Position numbers and translations under genes: made by a program
Notes under the pieces: generated by a model
What the model was told of the DNA's origin: nothing
Databases searched by the model: none
What the model saw: the letters and a program-made list of their open reading frames with translations, nothing else
Shown: piece after piece, positions 44,731-55,390 of the stretch
How the letters are laid out: the number at the start of each line of letters is the position of its first letter
Position numbering within the stretch: the first letter of the stretch is position 1
Source: an uncultured Acidobacteriota bacterium
Lineage (GTDB): Bacteria > Acidobacteriota > Terriglobia > Terriglobales > Acidobacteriaceae
DNA: 64,000 nt
Direction: 5' to 3'
Assembly (NCBI GenBank): GCA_963719865.1
Contig: CAVRDS010000074.1
Location: 5,100 to 69,099 of the forward strand

Positions 44731-46719
44731 GTGGTGACTGCCGCAAAACCCGCTCCCCAACCGCTGCAGGTCTTACTGGTAGGGAATCAGGAGGCAGATT
44801 TTTTTTTGATTCGCGAAATTCTGGAAAGAAGCCGCAGCCTGCTGCCCGCCGAGTTGGATCACGCCCGCTCCATCGACGAAGCCAAAAGCAAGCTGCAACA
44901 GCATCCGTATGGATTGGTTCTTTTTGAGCATGAGACTGGAGATGCGGAGGCCGTGCGGTTGGTATCCCAGTTCCAGCACGCCGGAGTTTCGGTGCCATTT
45001 CTGCTGCTGACCGAAGATGCTGACGAAAAAACGGTGGCGGAGATTATCGAGTCAGGCAACTGGAACTGCGTGGCGAAATCGCAACTGGATGGTGCGAGCC
45101 TGGTCCGCAGCATCCGCAGCACGCTCGCGCTGCACTCCCTGCAACAGGAACAGCAAATCGCGGAAGAGTTGGTGCGAAAGCTCTCGCGGGCGGTGGAGCA
45201 GTCGGCTGACACCGTGATGATCACAAACCGCAGCGGAATCATTGAATACGTGAATCCCGCCTTCGAAACGTTGACCGGCTACACCCGGGATGAGGCTTGC
45301 GGCAAAACTCCCCGCATTCTGAAATCCGGCGAGCAGGACGCAGAGACGTACCAGGAGTTGTGGAAGGCGATTCTTGCCGGGAACGCCTATCGCGGCATTC
45401 TGGTGAACCGCAAGAAAAATGGTGAGCTGTATTACGTGGAAGAGAGTATTTGCCCGGTGCGCGACACGGACGGACAGATTACTCATTTCATCTCGAATGG
45501 CCGCGATCTCACTGATCGCCTGCGGTTGGAAGCGCAATTGCTGCAGGCCCAGAAAATGGACGCCATTGGGCGGCTGGCCGGAGGCGTGGCTCACGACTTC
45601 AACAATCTTCTCACCATCATAACCAGCTATTCCGAACTGGCGATGGACGCGGTACCGCAAGGAAGCGCTCTGGAATCGAAGATCCACGAGATTCTGTCGG
45701 CCGCGCGTCGCGCCGCAGAACTCACCCGCCAACTGTTGGCTTTCAGCCGGAAACAGCCGCAAGCTTTGCGCGTAGTGGAACTCAATCCCGTCATCGAACG
45801 CATCGCCAAAACGCTTCCCCGACTAATCGGGGAAGACATCGAATTTACATTTCTTCCCGGCGAAGGGTTAGGTCGCGTAAGAGTCGACGCGCTGCAGATC
45901 GAACAGGTCTTGATGAATTTGGCCGCTAACGCGCGCGACGCCATGCCGCAGGGCGGTCACCTGCGCATTGAGACCTCAAAGGTAAATCTGGACGGAGAAT
46001 ACATTCACGGCAAGCCCGCGGTCATTCCTCCGGGATCCTACGCGCTGATTACGGTGACGGATGATGGAGCGGGCATTCCGCACGAGGACTTGCCTCATAT
46101 CTTCGAGCCGTTTTACACGACCAAACCCTCCGGCAAGGGCACTGGACTCGGTCTGGCGACGGTGTACGGAATTGTCAAACAAAATAAAGGCTTCATATGG
46201 GTCTACAGCGAGCGGGGGTCGGGCAGCGTCTTCAAGATATACCTTCCCTGTGCGGCCACGGCGGCGCTCTCCAAAGAGGCTGACGTCACGAAAAATGAAA
46301 GCCTAACCCGCGGCTCGGAAACTCTGCTGCTGGTGGAAGATGAATATGCCGTGCGACAGGCGACGGGGGAATTCCTGCGCCTGCAAGGCTATCAAGTGAT
46401 CGAGGCCAAAGACGGATTAGAGGCCCTCTCCGTCGCTGCGAGGCATCCCGCGAAAATCGACATTATCGTGTCCGATGTGGTGATGCCGAACATGAGCGGG
46501 GGCGAGCTGGCCAAAGCGCTGGCGCGGGTTCGGCCGGACACAAGATTCTTATTCGTTTCCGGCTATGCTGGAAAGACCGTGCTCGATCACAACGTCGTGG
46601 ATCTGGAGACGAATTTCCTGCAGAAGCCGTATACCCTGAAACAGCTGTCTGCGAAGATTCGCGCGGCCCTGGCTCGAGTTTCAGGTCAATCAACCGAGGT
46701 CGGGCCACCGAGTCCATGA
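44731..46719 (+). CDS. hybrid sensor histidine kinase (pseudo-receiver, PAS, HisKA, HATPase, receiver)
   Basis: PAS (ITNRSGIIEYVNPAFETLTGY), H-box GGVAHDFNNLL, N/G boxes, C-terminal receiver (LLLVEDE...DIIVSDVVMPNMSG). Confidence 0.85.
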   Translation: MVTAAKPAPQPLQVLLVGNQEADFFLIREILERSRSLLPAELDHARSIDEAKSKLQQHPYGLVLFEHETGDAEAVRLVSQFQHAGVSVPFLLLTEDADEKTVAEIIESGNWNCVAKSQLDGASLVRSIRSTLALHSLQQEQQIAEELVRKLSRAVEQSADTVMITNRSGIIEYVNPAFETLTGYTRDEACGKTPRILKSGEQDAETYQELWKAILAGNAYRGILVNRKKNGELYYVEESICPVRDTDGQITHFISNGRDLTDRLRLEAQLLQAQKMDAIGRLAGGVAHDFNNLLTIITSYSELAMDAVPQGSALESKIHEILSAARRAAELTRQLLAFSRKQPQALRVVELNPVIERIAKTLPRLIGEDIEFTFLPGEGLGRVRVDALQIEQVLMNLAANARDAMPQGGHLRIETSKVNLDGEYIHGKPAVIPPGSYALITVTDDGAGIPHEDLPHIFEPFYTTKPSGKGTGLGLATVYGIVKQNKGFIWVYSERGSGSVFKIYLPCAATAALSKEADVTKNESLTRGSETLLLVEDEYAVRQATGEFLRLQGYQVIEAKDGLEALSVAARHPAKIDIIVSDVVMPNMSGGELAKALARVRPDTRFLFVSGYAGKTVLDHNVVDLETNFLQKPYTLKQLSAKIRAALARVSGQSTEVGPPSP

Positions 46720-46764
46720 CCTTGCAAGGTCTAGGTATAATGACTGGGTCCCCGGTCCGATTCA

Positions 46765-47949
46765 ATGCTTGCAGGCGCAAGATGCGCGCTGTTTTTGTCT
46801 CTTTCTCACCAGCATCCAGGAAAGATCCTGGCCGGGATCCTCCTTCTCTTCTTGTGTGGATCGCTGGTCTATTCGGTCCTGCAGATCGCGGCTGCGCTGA
46901 GTTATCTTTCAGTGCGACCGCCTGCGCTCCAATCCGCGGAACCCATCAGCATTCTGAAGCCTCTGGCCGGACTCGACCTTGATCTGGAATCCAATCTGCA
47001 GACGTTTTTCGAACAGGAATATTCGTCCTTCGAAATTTTATTCGCGGTACGAAGCGAGAACGATCCCGCCGTGCAGGTGGTGGAACGGCTGCGCCAGGAA
47101 TATCCAAAGATTGCTTCGCGTCTTGTGATCACTGGCGAACCGCCTTATCCCAATGCCAAAGTCTACAGTCTCGAACAAATGTTGAAGGCAGCGGCGAACG
47201 ATCTTGTGGTGATGAGCGACAGCGATATTCGTGTGACTCGGAACATGCTTCGCACGGTGGCGGCTGAATTTCAGGACGAGCATCTTGGCGTGGCCACCTG
47301 TCCTTACCGCGCCGTGTCGGGGGCCAGTTTCTGGTCGCGGCTGGAAGCTACGGGGATGAATACGGATTTTTGGGGCAGCGCGCTGGTAGCGCGAATGCTG
47401 GAAGGGATGCGCTTCGCGGTGGGGCCGACCATCGTGGCGCGGCGCCGCGTGCTCGATTCGATCGGAGGTTTTGCGCGGCTGAAGGATTATCTGGCAGAGG
47501 ATTTCGTGCTGGGAAAGTTTGCCGCCGAAAGCGACCACGGGGTGATTCTTTCTTCTTACGTGATCGAGCACCATATTGGGAGCGAAACTTTCGAAGAGAA
47601 CATCGCGCATCGCCTGCGCTGGGCGCGCAGCACACGGCGTTCGCGGCCTGCCGGCTATCTCGGCCAACTGTTCACCATGCCATTTCCCATCGCGTTGCTG
47701 GTGTGCGCAATCGCGCCCGCGTGGTGGCCGGTCTTGCCTATCACCATCGTGGTTCGTGCGCTGGCGGCGTATGCGGTTTCATGGAAAGTGCTTCGTGCCA
47801 AACTCAACTGGCTGTTGTTGCCGGTCGAAGATGTGATGGGCTTGTGTTTCTGGATCATGGGATGTTTTGGCAACACGATTTTCTGGCGTGGCCGGCGCTA
47901 CCGGCTCGATGCCGATGGAAAGTTCGAGCTGATTTCTTCCGAGGAGTAG
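46765..47949 (+). CDS. GT21-family glycosyltransferase (ceramide glucosyltransferase / HpnI-like)
   Basis: PISILKPLAGLD...VMSDSDIRV...RLRWARSTRRSRP; several TM segments. Confidence 0.65.
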   Translation: MLAGARCALFLSLSHQHPGKILAGILLLFLCGSLVYSVLQIAAALSYLSVRPPALQSAEPISILKPLAGLDLDLESNLQTFFEQEYSSFEILFAVRSENDPAVQVVERLRQEYPKIASRLVITGEPPYPNAKVYSLEQMLKAAANDLVVMSDSDIRVTRNMLRTVAAEFQDEHLGVATCPYRAVSGASFWSRLEATGMNTDFWGSALVARMLEGMRFAVGPTIVARRRVLDSIGGFARLKDYLAEDFVLGKFAAESDHGVILSSYVIEHHIGSETFEENIAHRLRWARSTRRSRPAGYLGQLFTMPFPIALLVCAIAPAWWPVLPITIVVRALAAYAVSWKVLRAKLNWLLLPVEDVMGLCFWIMGCFGNTIFWRGRRYRLDADGKFELISSEE

Positions 47950-47974
47950 CGCGCTTCGATGCGAGTGGAAACAT

Positions 47975-48062
47975 GGTGCCGTCCCTGCGGGACTCGCGTT
48001 ATTCTACGTGCCTACCCCAGGGCTTACGCCCTGGGCTATCACATCCCGCCCCTTCGGGGCTC
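47975..48062 (+). repeat. three-hairpin repeat family 3
   Basis: GGTGCCGTCCCTGCGGGACTCGCGT...CCCAGGGCTTACGCCCTGGG...TCACATCCCGCCCCTTCGGGGCTC. Confidence 0.8.
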
Positions 48063-48174
48063 TCACTGTGGCTAAGCGAGATCGCTGCACTCCGCTAGAG
48101 CCGTCCTGATCGATGACGTTGGTCAGAACGCTCCGAGACTTGCGCGAAATGCAGGACCGCTGCTGCAGCTAAAA

Positions 48175-50685
48175 TCACTTTGTGGTGAAGGCCAGCGTGA
48201 GCAGAGTCTTTTGTTCCACCTCGTGGGCCTTGGCGCTGCCCGTGGCCGGGCTCGCGCCCGAGCTGCGTTTCACGCTCAGGACGGGGCGGTTTCGGGCGAG
48301 GCGCTTCAGGCGTGGGAGCATGTTGAACATCGCTCCCATATTGGCCGGCTCTTCCTGTACCCAGACGACGTCGGCGTTTTTGCCATGGCGGTCGAACTCG
48401 GCGACCACTTCCGCCTCCGGAAAGGGATACATCTGCTCCAAGAAAACGATCGCCGTGGTGGTGTCGTTTCTTTTTTTGCGCTCGGCCTGAAGCTCGTGGC
48501 CGATTTTTCCGGTGCAGATGAGGATGCGATCGGCTTCTCCGACGGTAGTGTCGGGAATGACGTTCAGAAAATTCTTGTGAGTCAAATCCTCGATGGGCGA
48601 ACTGGCGTCGGGATGGCGCAGCATGCTCTTGGGCGTGAAGACGACCAGGGGCTTGCGCCAGTGGCGCAGGGCCTGGCGGCGCAACAGATGAAAATATTGG
48701 GCGGCGTTCGAGGGCTGCGCGATCTGGATATTGTGCTTGGCGGCGAGCTGGATGAAGCGCTCGATGCGGGCGCTGGAATGCTCCGGGCCCTGGCCTTCGT
48801 AGCCGTGAGGAAGCAACATCACCAAGCCTGACAGCAGATTCCATTTGGCTTCGCCGGCGCTGATGAACTGGTCGATGATGGCTTGCGCAACGTTGACGAA
48901 GTCTCCGAACTGGGCTTCCCAGAGGACGAGCGATTCGGGATAGTCGCGGGAGTATCCGTACTCGAAGCCGAGGACGCCGGCTTCCGAGAGCGTGGAATTG
49001 TAGATTTCGCAGCGAGCCTGGCCGGGGGCGATGTTTTCCAGCGGCACGTATTCGTTTTCGTTCTCGATGTCGATGAGCACGGAGTGGCGCTGGTTAAAGG
49101 TGCCGCGGCGCGAGTCCTGCCCGCTGAAGCGTACGTGGGTGCGCGTCTTGACCAGGCTGGCGAAGGCTAGCGCTTCCGCCATGCCGTAGTCGACCAGGCG
49201 CTTGCCCGTGCCCATTTCCGCACGCTGTTCAAGAAGCTTCTTCACCTTCGGATGGATGTGGAAGTCTTCGGGATAGGTGGTCAGGCGGGCTGTAAGTTCG
49301 GATAATTCATCCGAGGACAGGCCGGTCTCGACTTCGTAATCTTGCCGGTAGAGGCCACCAAAATAATTGTTCCAATATTTGGGGAGTTCACGCAGAAGCG
49401 GCTTCTGCTTTATGCTGCCGGCTTTTTTCTGCGCGGCCTCGAATTCGGCTTTGATGGCGTCGGCTTGCGCTTGCGCATCCGTGGCGCCGATGTCGTCCGC
49501 ATAGATCTGCCAGAGCGGCGGATGCTCTTTGATTTTCTTGTAGAGCAGGGGCTGAGTGATGGTCGGATCGTCGACTTCGCTGTGGCCGTGACGGCGATAG
49601 CCGATGAGATCGATGACCACGTCGGTGCCGAACTTGTAGCGGTATTCGACGGCCATGCGAGCGACGCGAACGACCGCATCAACATCTTCCCCGTTGACGT
49701 GAAAAATAGGGATCGACTGGCGGCGCGCGATGCAGGCGGCGAAGCGCGTGGAATGTTCTTCGGTGTAACTCGTCGTGAAGCCGAGAAGATTGTTAACGAC
49801 GACATGGATTGTTCCACCGACGGTATATCCGGGAAGGTCGGCGTAGTTCATGGTTTCGGCGAGGATGCCCTGTCCGGCGAATGCAGCGTCTCCGTGAACC
49901 AGGAGCGGCAGATATTTCTCGCGTCCGCCCTCTTCGGTCCGGTCTTGCTTGGCGCGGGTGCGGCCGACGGTGACGGGATCGACGGCTTCGAGATGGCTGG
50001 GGTTCGAAACCAGATGAATATGCACTTTGCCGCCGCTGCGCGTGACGTATTCGCCGGTGGCGCCCATGTGATATTTCACGTCTCCGGAGCCGAGGACGCT
50101 GCGCGGGTCGACGTCTTCGAATCCCGCGAAGATTTCCTCCGGAGGGCGCTTGGCGACGTGGGCAATCACGTTGAGGCGTCCGCGATGGCTCATGCCCATG
50201 ACGAGTTCGATGGCGCCCTTTTGAGCTGCGCAGTCGAGAACTTCGTCGACCAGCGGAATTAGCGCGGTCACGCCTTCGAGCGAAAAGCGCTTGCTGCCCA
50301 GATAGCGCTGCTGCATGACCTGCTCGAAAACGTCGGCGCGGATGAGGAGGTCGAGGATGCGTTTCTGGTCTTCCTGCGGCGCTTCCGACTCCATGCGCTC
50401 GTAAACCCAGCGCCGGCGCTCGGGAGCGTAGAGATGGTTGATCTCGACGCCGATCGTGCTGGAATAGATGGCGCGGGCCTCGCGCGCGTATTCGCCGTCT
50501 CTTTCAAGTTCTGGAGTTGGACGGGGGCGGAGAAAGCCGAGCGGGTCGAGGTCGCCTTCGAGATATCCGAACTGGCGGTAAGCGGAGAAAACGCGTTCGC
50601 GCTCGGGATTGCCGGCGCGAATGGAACCATTGCTTGGAGTCGAGGGGTCGATTACGGATTGGTCGGAAATCTTCGTTTTCGCCAT
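48175..50685 (-). CDS. sucA: 2-oxoglutarate dehydrogenase E1 component
   Basis: LGSKRFSLEG, HGDAAFAGQG, GYRRHGHSEVDDP, transketolase-like C-terminal half. Confidence 0.9.
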   Translation of the reverse strand: MAKTKISDQSVIDPSTPSNGSIRAGNPERERVFSAYRQFGYLEGDLDPLGFLRPRPTPELERDGEYAREARAIYSSTIGVEINHLYAPERRRWVYERMESEAPQEDQKRILDLLIRADVFEQVMQQRYLGSKRFSLEGVTALIPLVDEVLDCAAQKGAIELVMGMSHRGRLNVIAHVAKRPPEEIFAGFEDVDPRSVLGSGDVKYHMGATGEYVTRSGGKVHIHLVSNPSHLEAVDPVTVGRTRAKQDRTEEGGREKYLPLLVHGDAAFAGQGILAETMNYADLPGYTVGGTIHVVVNNLLGFTTSYTEEHSTRFAACIARRQSIPIFHVNGEDVDAVVRVARMAVEYRYKFGTDVVIDLIGYRRHGHSEVDDPTITQPLLYKKIKEHPPLWQIYADDIGATDAQAQADAIKAEFEAAQKKAGSIKQKPLLRELPKYWNNYFGGLYRQDYEVETGLSSDELSELTARLTTYPEDFHIHPKVKKLLEQRAEMGTGKRLVDYGMAEALAFASLVKTRTHVRFSGQDSRRGTFNQRHSVLIDIENENEYVPLENIAPGQARCEIYNSTLSEAGVLGFEYGYSRDYPESLVLWEAQFGDFVNVAQAIIDQFISAGEAKWNLLSGLVMLLPHGYEGQGPEHSSARIERFIQLAAKHNIQIAQPSNAAQYFHLLRRQALRHWRKPLVVFTPKSMLRHPDASSPIEDLTHKNFLNVIPDTTVGEADRILICTGKIGHELQAERKKRNDTTTAIVFLEQMYPFPEAEVVAEFDRHGKNADVVWVQEEPANMGAMFNMLPRLKRLARNRPVLSVKRSSGASPATGSAKAHEVEQKTLLTLAFTTK

Positions 50686-50827
50686 AGGAACTTACTAGGA
50701 TAAAGGATGCTGGCGAAAGGCAAAAGGCTCAGCGGACGGGCCAGGGAGCTTTCACCACAGGGGACACAGAGGAACACAGGGGAATCACGCGCTCATCTAT
50801 AGAAAACGACCGACGCGGAAGTCAAAA

Positions 50828-50868
50828 CCCCACCCTGTCGCAATACACGCGACAAGGGTGGGGCACCC
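50828..50868 (+). repeat. REP-like repeat family 2
   Basis: CCCCACCCTGTCGC-aatacac-GCGACAAGGGTGGGG-CACCC. Confidence 0.8.
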
Positions 50869-50884
50869 GATTCGGTTACTTCTT

Positions 50885-52879
50885 TCAGAAGTGGAACAGG
50901 TCCATCAAGTTGCCGATGGCTGGGCCGTTCAGCGGGACATAGGGATTCTCTTTCGTGGCGACTGGGTTGGGAAGATTGTCACGGCTACGATCCGTTACCG
51001 GAGCCAAGTGCCAGTTGGCCTCGATGAATTTCAAGATCGAAACGTGATCGCTGTACACGTGCGAGACGTGTCCGCCCTGGGTGTAGGGAGAAATGATCAG
51101 CACCGGAATTCTGGTTCCGTCGCCGAAGAAGTCGAGCGGCTGGATGTAGCCGGAATCATAGTAGCCGCCGCCTTCGTCGAAGGTGACGATGATGGCGGTG
51201 CCGGCCCACAAGGTGGGATTCGCCTGGACGCCGTTAACGATCTTCTTCACGAAGCCTTCGAAAAGGTCGAGCTTGGAAGAAGACGGGTGCCCGTCGAGCC
51301 AGCCGTCGGGCTTCACGAATGAGACGGCAGGCAGGGTGCCATCTTTGATGGCTTCGTAGAGTTCAACGGTGTCCCGATTGTGAGTGCGGCCCGAAGGGCT
51401 GGTCATGATCGAGGTCGTGTACTGGAACGGGTTGCAGATGTTGCAATAGGTGTTGTCGGCAGTGACGTAGTTGTTGTTGGGGTTGGCGAGGTAGGTGTTC
51501 CACTGATCGCCGTAATAGGCCCAGGAAATGTTCTTCTCGATCAACTCATCTCCGATGGTGCGCAGCGGAGATGGCGGAATCGTGAAGATGGTCTGCGCCG
51601 GATTGCCGATGTCTTCATAGGCATTCTGACCGCTGCCGTAGTATCCGGGGTTGTAGTTGTTCAGCAGATAGTAGTGGCCTTCCTCGCAATGCGGATCGAT
51701 CGGTTTGGGCAGGGAGCTCAGATAAGTGGTGATCTGTCCGACACCGGGCTGGGTGGTGTCGAAGCAGTTGCTGTAAGTTCCACCGCCGTAGGAATGGGAT
51801 CCGTACGAACCACCGCCGTAGCCGTCTTCGGTGTACCAGTTATTGGTGCCCTTCAGGGGATTCGGATTTTCGATTTCAGCGACGACGCCGGAGTTGGGAC
51901 TCCCCGCGGCGACGAGCACGTTCTCTGGCGGGCGCGCCGGTTCTCCTTTGGAGTTGGCGAACCAGATGGCATCTCCGCTGCCGAGCATCACGTGGTTGGC
52001 GCCGGTGCCGCCCATGACGGCCTGATGGTAGTTGTCGCTGATCGCGTAGTGGTCGGCGAGATACTTCAGGTAAGGCGCATCGCCCTTAAGCATGTTGTAA
52101 AAGCCCATCGAGGTCGAGCCTTCCCCGGTAGATTCATCGGTGAAGCCGGAGGGTTGGGGGCGGCCATTAGACCCGGCGCCAATTGTGGTTTCAACCCAGG
52201 GGAACAGGTCGTGCTGGCATCCCGTCGGATTCCAACTGGTGACCTTGAGGGCGTCACAATCCACCTGCTGCCACATCTGATAAAAACGGTGGACGGGGCT
52301 GTTGTCATACGCGTCGTAGGGGTGAGTCTTAGAAGTAATCTGGAAGGGGCCGGGAGGCAGAGACGTCGCGTTGGGAATGCGCGTGTCGACCGCTCCGTGA
52401 GCGAGGCCCGTACCTCCGGTCGTGAGATACACGTAATAGCTGTCGGGAAGGCCGTTCTCAGCCGCCTTGGCGGCGGCGATGCTGGTGAACGGAGGCGTGG
52501 TGTATCCACCGGCGAGGGGCGGCGGCAGAACTGGGTAGGTTGTGTTTTCAGGCGGATTCAACAGGTACGTGTCGGGCTTGGAATCAACCGCTTCGGACTG
52601 GTTAGCGAGCGGGAAGTTCGGGCCCGGCGTTCCATCTTCGTTCACGATCCCTTCGGAGAGCAGGTTGTTGACGGTCTGGCCTGCGACCGGCTTGTAGGTG
52701 GCGAAGATATGATCGAAGGTGCGGTTCTCTCCGATGATCACGATGACATGCTTGATGGGTGTGGCAGTGGATTGAGCTGACGCGGGAAGCGGAGAGCCGA
52801 GATTGGCGATTAGCGCGACCAGGCTGATACCGACCGCAAGATGCTGCCTGGCTATCGCGAGGAAAGCAGATGTGGACAT
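50885..52879 (-). CDS. secreted phosphoesterase-family protein (PLC/AcpA-like)
   Basis: Signal peptide; IKHVIVIIGENRTFDHIFATY...; C-terminal DHVSILKFIE. Confidence 0.75.
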   Translation of the reverse strand: MSTSAFLAIARQHLAVGISLVALIANLGSPLPASAQSTATPIKHVIVIIGENRTFDHIFATYKPVAGQTVNNLLSEGIVNEDGTPGPNFPLANQSEAVDSKPDTYLLNPPENTTYPVLPPPLAGGYTTPPFTSIAAAKAAENGLPDSYYVYLTTGGTGLAHGAVDTRIPNATSLPPGPFQITSKTHPYDAYDNSPVHRFYQMWQQVDCDALKVTSWNPTGCQHDLFPWVETTIGAGSNGRPQPSGFTDESTGEGSTSMGFYNMLKGDAPYLKYLADHYAISDNYHQAVMGGTGANHVMLGSGDAIWFANSKGEPARPPENVLVAAGSPNSGVVAEIENPNPLKGTNNWYTEDGYGGGSYGSHSYGGGTYSNCFDTTQPGVGQITTYLSSLPKPIDPHCEEGHYYLLNNYNPGYYGSGQNAYEDIGNPAQTIFTIPPSPLRTIGDELIEKNISWAYYGDQWNTYLANPNNNYVTADNTYCNICNPFQYTTSIMTSPSGRTHNRDTVELYEAIKDGTLPAVSFVKPDGWLDGHPSSSKLDLFEGFVKKIVNGVQANPTLWAGTAIIVTFDEGGGYYDSGYIQPLDFFGDGTRIPVLIISPYTQGGHVSHVYSDHVSILKFIEANWHLAPVTDRSRDNLPNPVATKENPYVPLNGPAIGNLMDLFHF

Positions 52880-53125
52880 GCGAATCTCCTTCTGAGAGAA
52901 ACTACGAGGGGTCAGCGTAGCTGCGAACTGAGGAGGGTGAGATCAATTGCAAGTTAAAACAAATCCACAGTCATCGACCGCGCCAGTTGTAAAACCGATT
53001 TCTATGCTATTGAGAATTCACGGTCGTGGCGGGCGAACGTAAAGCTTGCGTTACAAATTGTTCACAGCATGCCAAAGTTTCTAGGGAAATTTGTGTAGAA
53101 CCTTCGAGTAAAGGAAGGCGAGAGA

Positions 53126-53932
53126 ATGAATCAGGGTGCGAGTGCTCCACTACTTTTAGGGATTCCATTCGATGCGCAATCTTCTTATTTGCGGGGCGCG
53201 GCAGAAGGTCCAGCGAAGATTCGGGAAGCGCTGGCCTGCGATGCCTCTAATCGCTGGACGGAAACTGGCGTGGACTTGGGCGCGGCTCAGATTTACGAGG
53301 ACGGTGGCGATCTGGAATTTCTTGAAGGGGATGCGGCTGCGGCGATCGAGCGTGGGGTGGGCGAGATCATTCGCCAGGGAAAGCGGCCTGTGTGTCTGGG
53401 CGGCGATCATTCGATCACGTATCCCATCGTGAAGGCGATGGCGCGCAAATATTCCGGGCTGACGATTTTTCATTTCGATGCCCATCCGGATTTGTATGAC
53501 GAGTTCGAAGGGAAGCGGCTGTCGCATGCCTGCCCGTTTGCGCGGATCATGGAGGCGGGGTTGGCGAAGCGCCTGGTGCAGGTGGGAATTCGCACCATCA
53601 ACCGGCACCAGCGGGAGCAGGCGCAGAAATTTGGAGTGGAAGTCGTCGAAATGCGTGCGCTTCCGGCTTATGACAAGCTAAAGGCCGCCGGACCGGTTTA
53701 CCTCACATTTGATATGGATGCGCTGGATCCGGCATTCGCGCCCGGGATTTCGCATCGTGAGCCGGGGGGAATGTCGGTGCGGGAGGCGATTGCTCATCTG
53801 CATGCCATCGACGGTGAAATCGTGGGAGCGGATCTTGTGGAGTTCAATCCCGTGCGCGACGTGGATGGAATGACGGCGACGGTTGCGGCCAAAATCCTCA
53901 AAGAAATATTGGGTAAGATGATTGCGGGATAG
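53126..53932 (+). CDS. agmatinase / arginase-family ureohydrolase
   Basis: GGDHSITYP, HFDAHPDLYD, TFDMDALDP, DLVEFNP (Mn-binding motifs). Confidence 0.85.
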   Translation: MNQGASAPLLLGIPFDAQSSYLRGAAEGPAKIREALACDASNRWTETGVDLGAAQIYEDGGDLEFLEGDAAAAIERGVGEIIRQGKRPVCLGGDHSITYPIVKAMARKYSGLTIFHFDAHPDLYDEFEGKRLSHACPFARIMEAGLAKRLVQVGIRTINRHQREQAQKFGVEVVEMRALPAYDKLKAAGPVYLTFDMDALDPAFAPGISHREPGGMSVREAIAHLHAIDGEIVGADLVEFNPVRDVDGMTATVAAKILKEILGKMIAG

Positions 53933-54121
53933 GCCCGGGGTTGGGCCAGATTCCCCGCCGGACGCCCTGGGCGGCGTAAACGGGGGTACGGATTATTTTG
54001 CGTCCTCCGGGCGGGCTGAGGAATCTAGTCCGGGCAGTAAACGTTAGGTCGCTCTCCGTCTAAGGATTGTGGCCGAGCGCGTATGGACCCCAATTTTGCG
54101 TGTAAAATTGTTCTGAACTTT

Positions 54122-55231
54122 ATGGCGAATAAATTTCGAAACAATATAGCGATAGCCTTATCCATTGCCGGTTTGGCGGTGCTCCTGGCAACCGTTGGGT
54201 GCTCTGGCAGCGGCGCGCAGAATCCGCAAGCGAGCGGACCGGGCGCGATGCCGGTGAAGGTACTGGAAGCGCACGCGGTTCCGGTTGACGATGCCAGCGA
54301 GTATGTGGCCACGCTGAAATCCCGAGATTCGGCCGTGATTATGCCGCAGGTGGAGGGACAGATCACGCAGATCTTCGTTCACTCCGGCGAGCGGGTGGCG
54401 GCGGATAGCGCATTGATGGAGATCGATCCGCTGAAGCAGCAGGCCACCGTGAAGAGCCAGGAGAGCGCGCGGGCGGCGCAGCAGGCGCAATTGAACTGGG
54501 CCAAGCAGCAGTACGAGCGGACGCAAGGATTGTCCGCCGCGGGAGTGGTGAGCCGGCAGGACCTGGACCAGGCCAAGGCGACGCTGGATGCGGCGCAGGC
54601 CCAGATGGATGCGCTTGATGCGCAGCTCCGCGAGCAGCAAGTCCAGCTTCACTATTATAAGGTCGTCGCGATGCGGGCGGGGATTGTCGGGGACATCCCG
54701 GTACGCGTGGGAGATCGGGTCACGACCTCAACGCAGCTGACGACCGTCGACCAACCCGGCAGCCTCGAAGTTTACGTCTATGTGCCGATCGAGCGCTCGT
54801 CTCAACTGAAGATGAATCTGCCGGTGCAGATTCTCGACGGCAGTGGGAAAGTGCTCGCGGACTCGCGTGTGAGTTTCATTTCTCCGCAGGTCGACAACAC
54901 GACCCAGACCGTGCTGGTCAAGGCACGGATCGCAAATGGGAATGATGCGCTGCGGCAGTCGCAGTTCATTCGCGCGCGCGTCGTGTGGGGTACGCATGAG
55001 AATCCCGAAGTGCCCATTCTGGCCGTGTCGCGGCTGGCCGGGCAGTATTTTGCATTCGTCGCCGAAGCGCAGAATGGCGGCTCGTACGTGGCGCGGCAGA
55101 AACCGCTTACGATTGGACTGACCGTGGGCAACGACTTTGAAGTGCGGGACGGGATCAAGCCGGGGGATAAGGTGATTGTCTCAGGAACGCAGTTTCTGCT
55201 GGATGGGGCTCCGGTAATTCCGCAAAGCTAG
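54122..55231 (+). CDS. RND efflux periplasmic adaptor lipoprotein (AcrA/MexA-like)
   Basis: Lipobox LLATVGCSG; coiled-coil and barrel regions. ATG at 54122 preferred. Confidence 0.85.
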   Translation: MANKFRNNIAIALSIAGLAVLLATVGCSGSGAQNPQASGPGAMPVKVLEAHAVPVDDASEYVATLKSRDSAVIMPQVEGQITQIFVHSGERVAADSALMEIDPLKQQATVKSQESARAAQQAQLNWAKQQYERTQGLSAAGVVSRQDLDQAKATLDAAQAQMDALDAQLREQQVQLHYYKVVAMRAGIVGDIPVRVGDRVTTSTQLTTVDQPGSLEVYVYVPIERSSQLKMNLPVQILDGSGKVLADSRVSFISPQVDNTTQTVLVKARIANGNDALRQSQFIRARVVWGTHENPEVPILAVSRLAGQYFAFVAEAQNGGSYVARQKPLTIGLTVGNDFEVRDGIKPGDKVIVSGTQFLLDGAPVIPQS

Positions 55232-55249
55232 TTAAATCCACTCAGAATG

Positions 55250-55371
55250 AAAACCGCAGAGGACGCAGAGGACGGAGAGGAATTCTCGATTTTCTCTACT
55301 CGGTCCGCGTCCCTGCAAAGATTTCTACAATCCGCTACGTCCGCCGCGTACTCGGCGTCCTCTGCGGTTTT
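55250..55371. repeat. 122-bp element bounded by a perfect 17-bp inverted repeat, between the RND adaptor and pump genes
   Basis: AAAACCGCAGAGGACGC (55250-55266) and GCGTCCTCTGCGGTTTT (55355-55371); internal CAGAGGACG tandem. Confidence 0.85.
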
Positions 55372-55390
55372 GGTTGGTTCGTGATCTCTC

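Noticed and set aside
48175-50685. sucA without adjacent sucB/lpdA, and a shortened N-terminus, as a possible anomaly
   Set aside because: Unlinked E1 genes are common and the catalytic motifs are intact, so nothing in the sequence indicates a defect.
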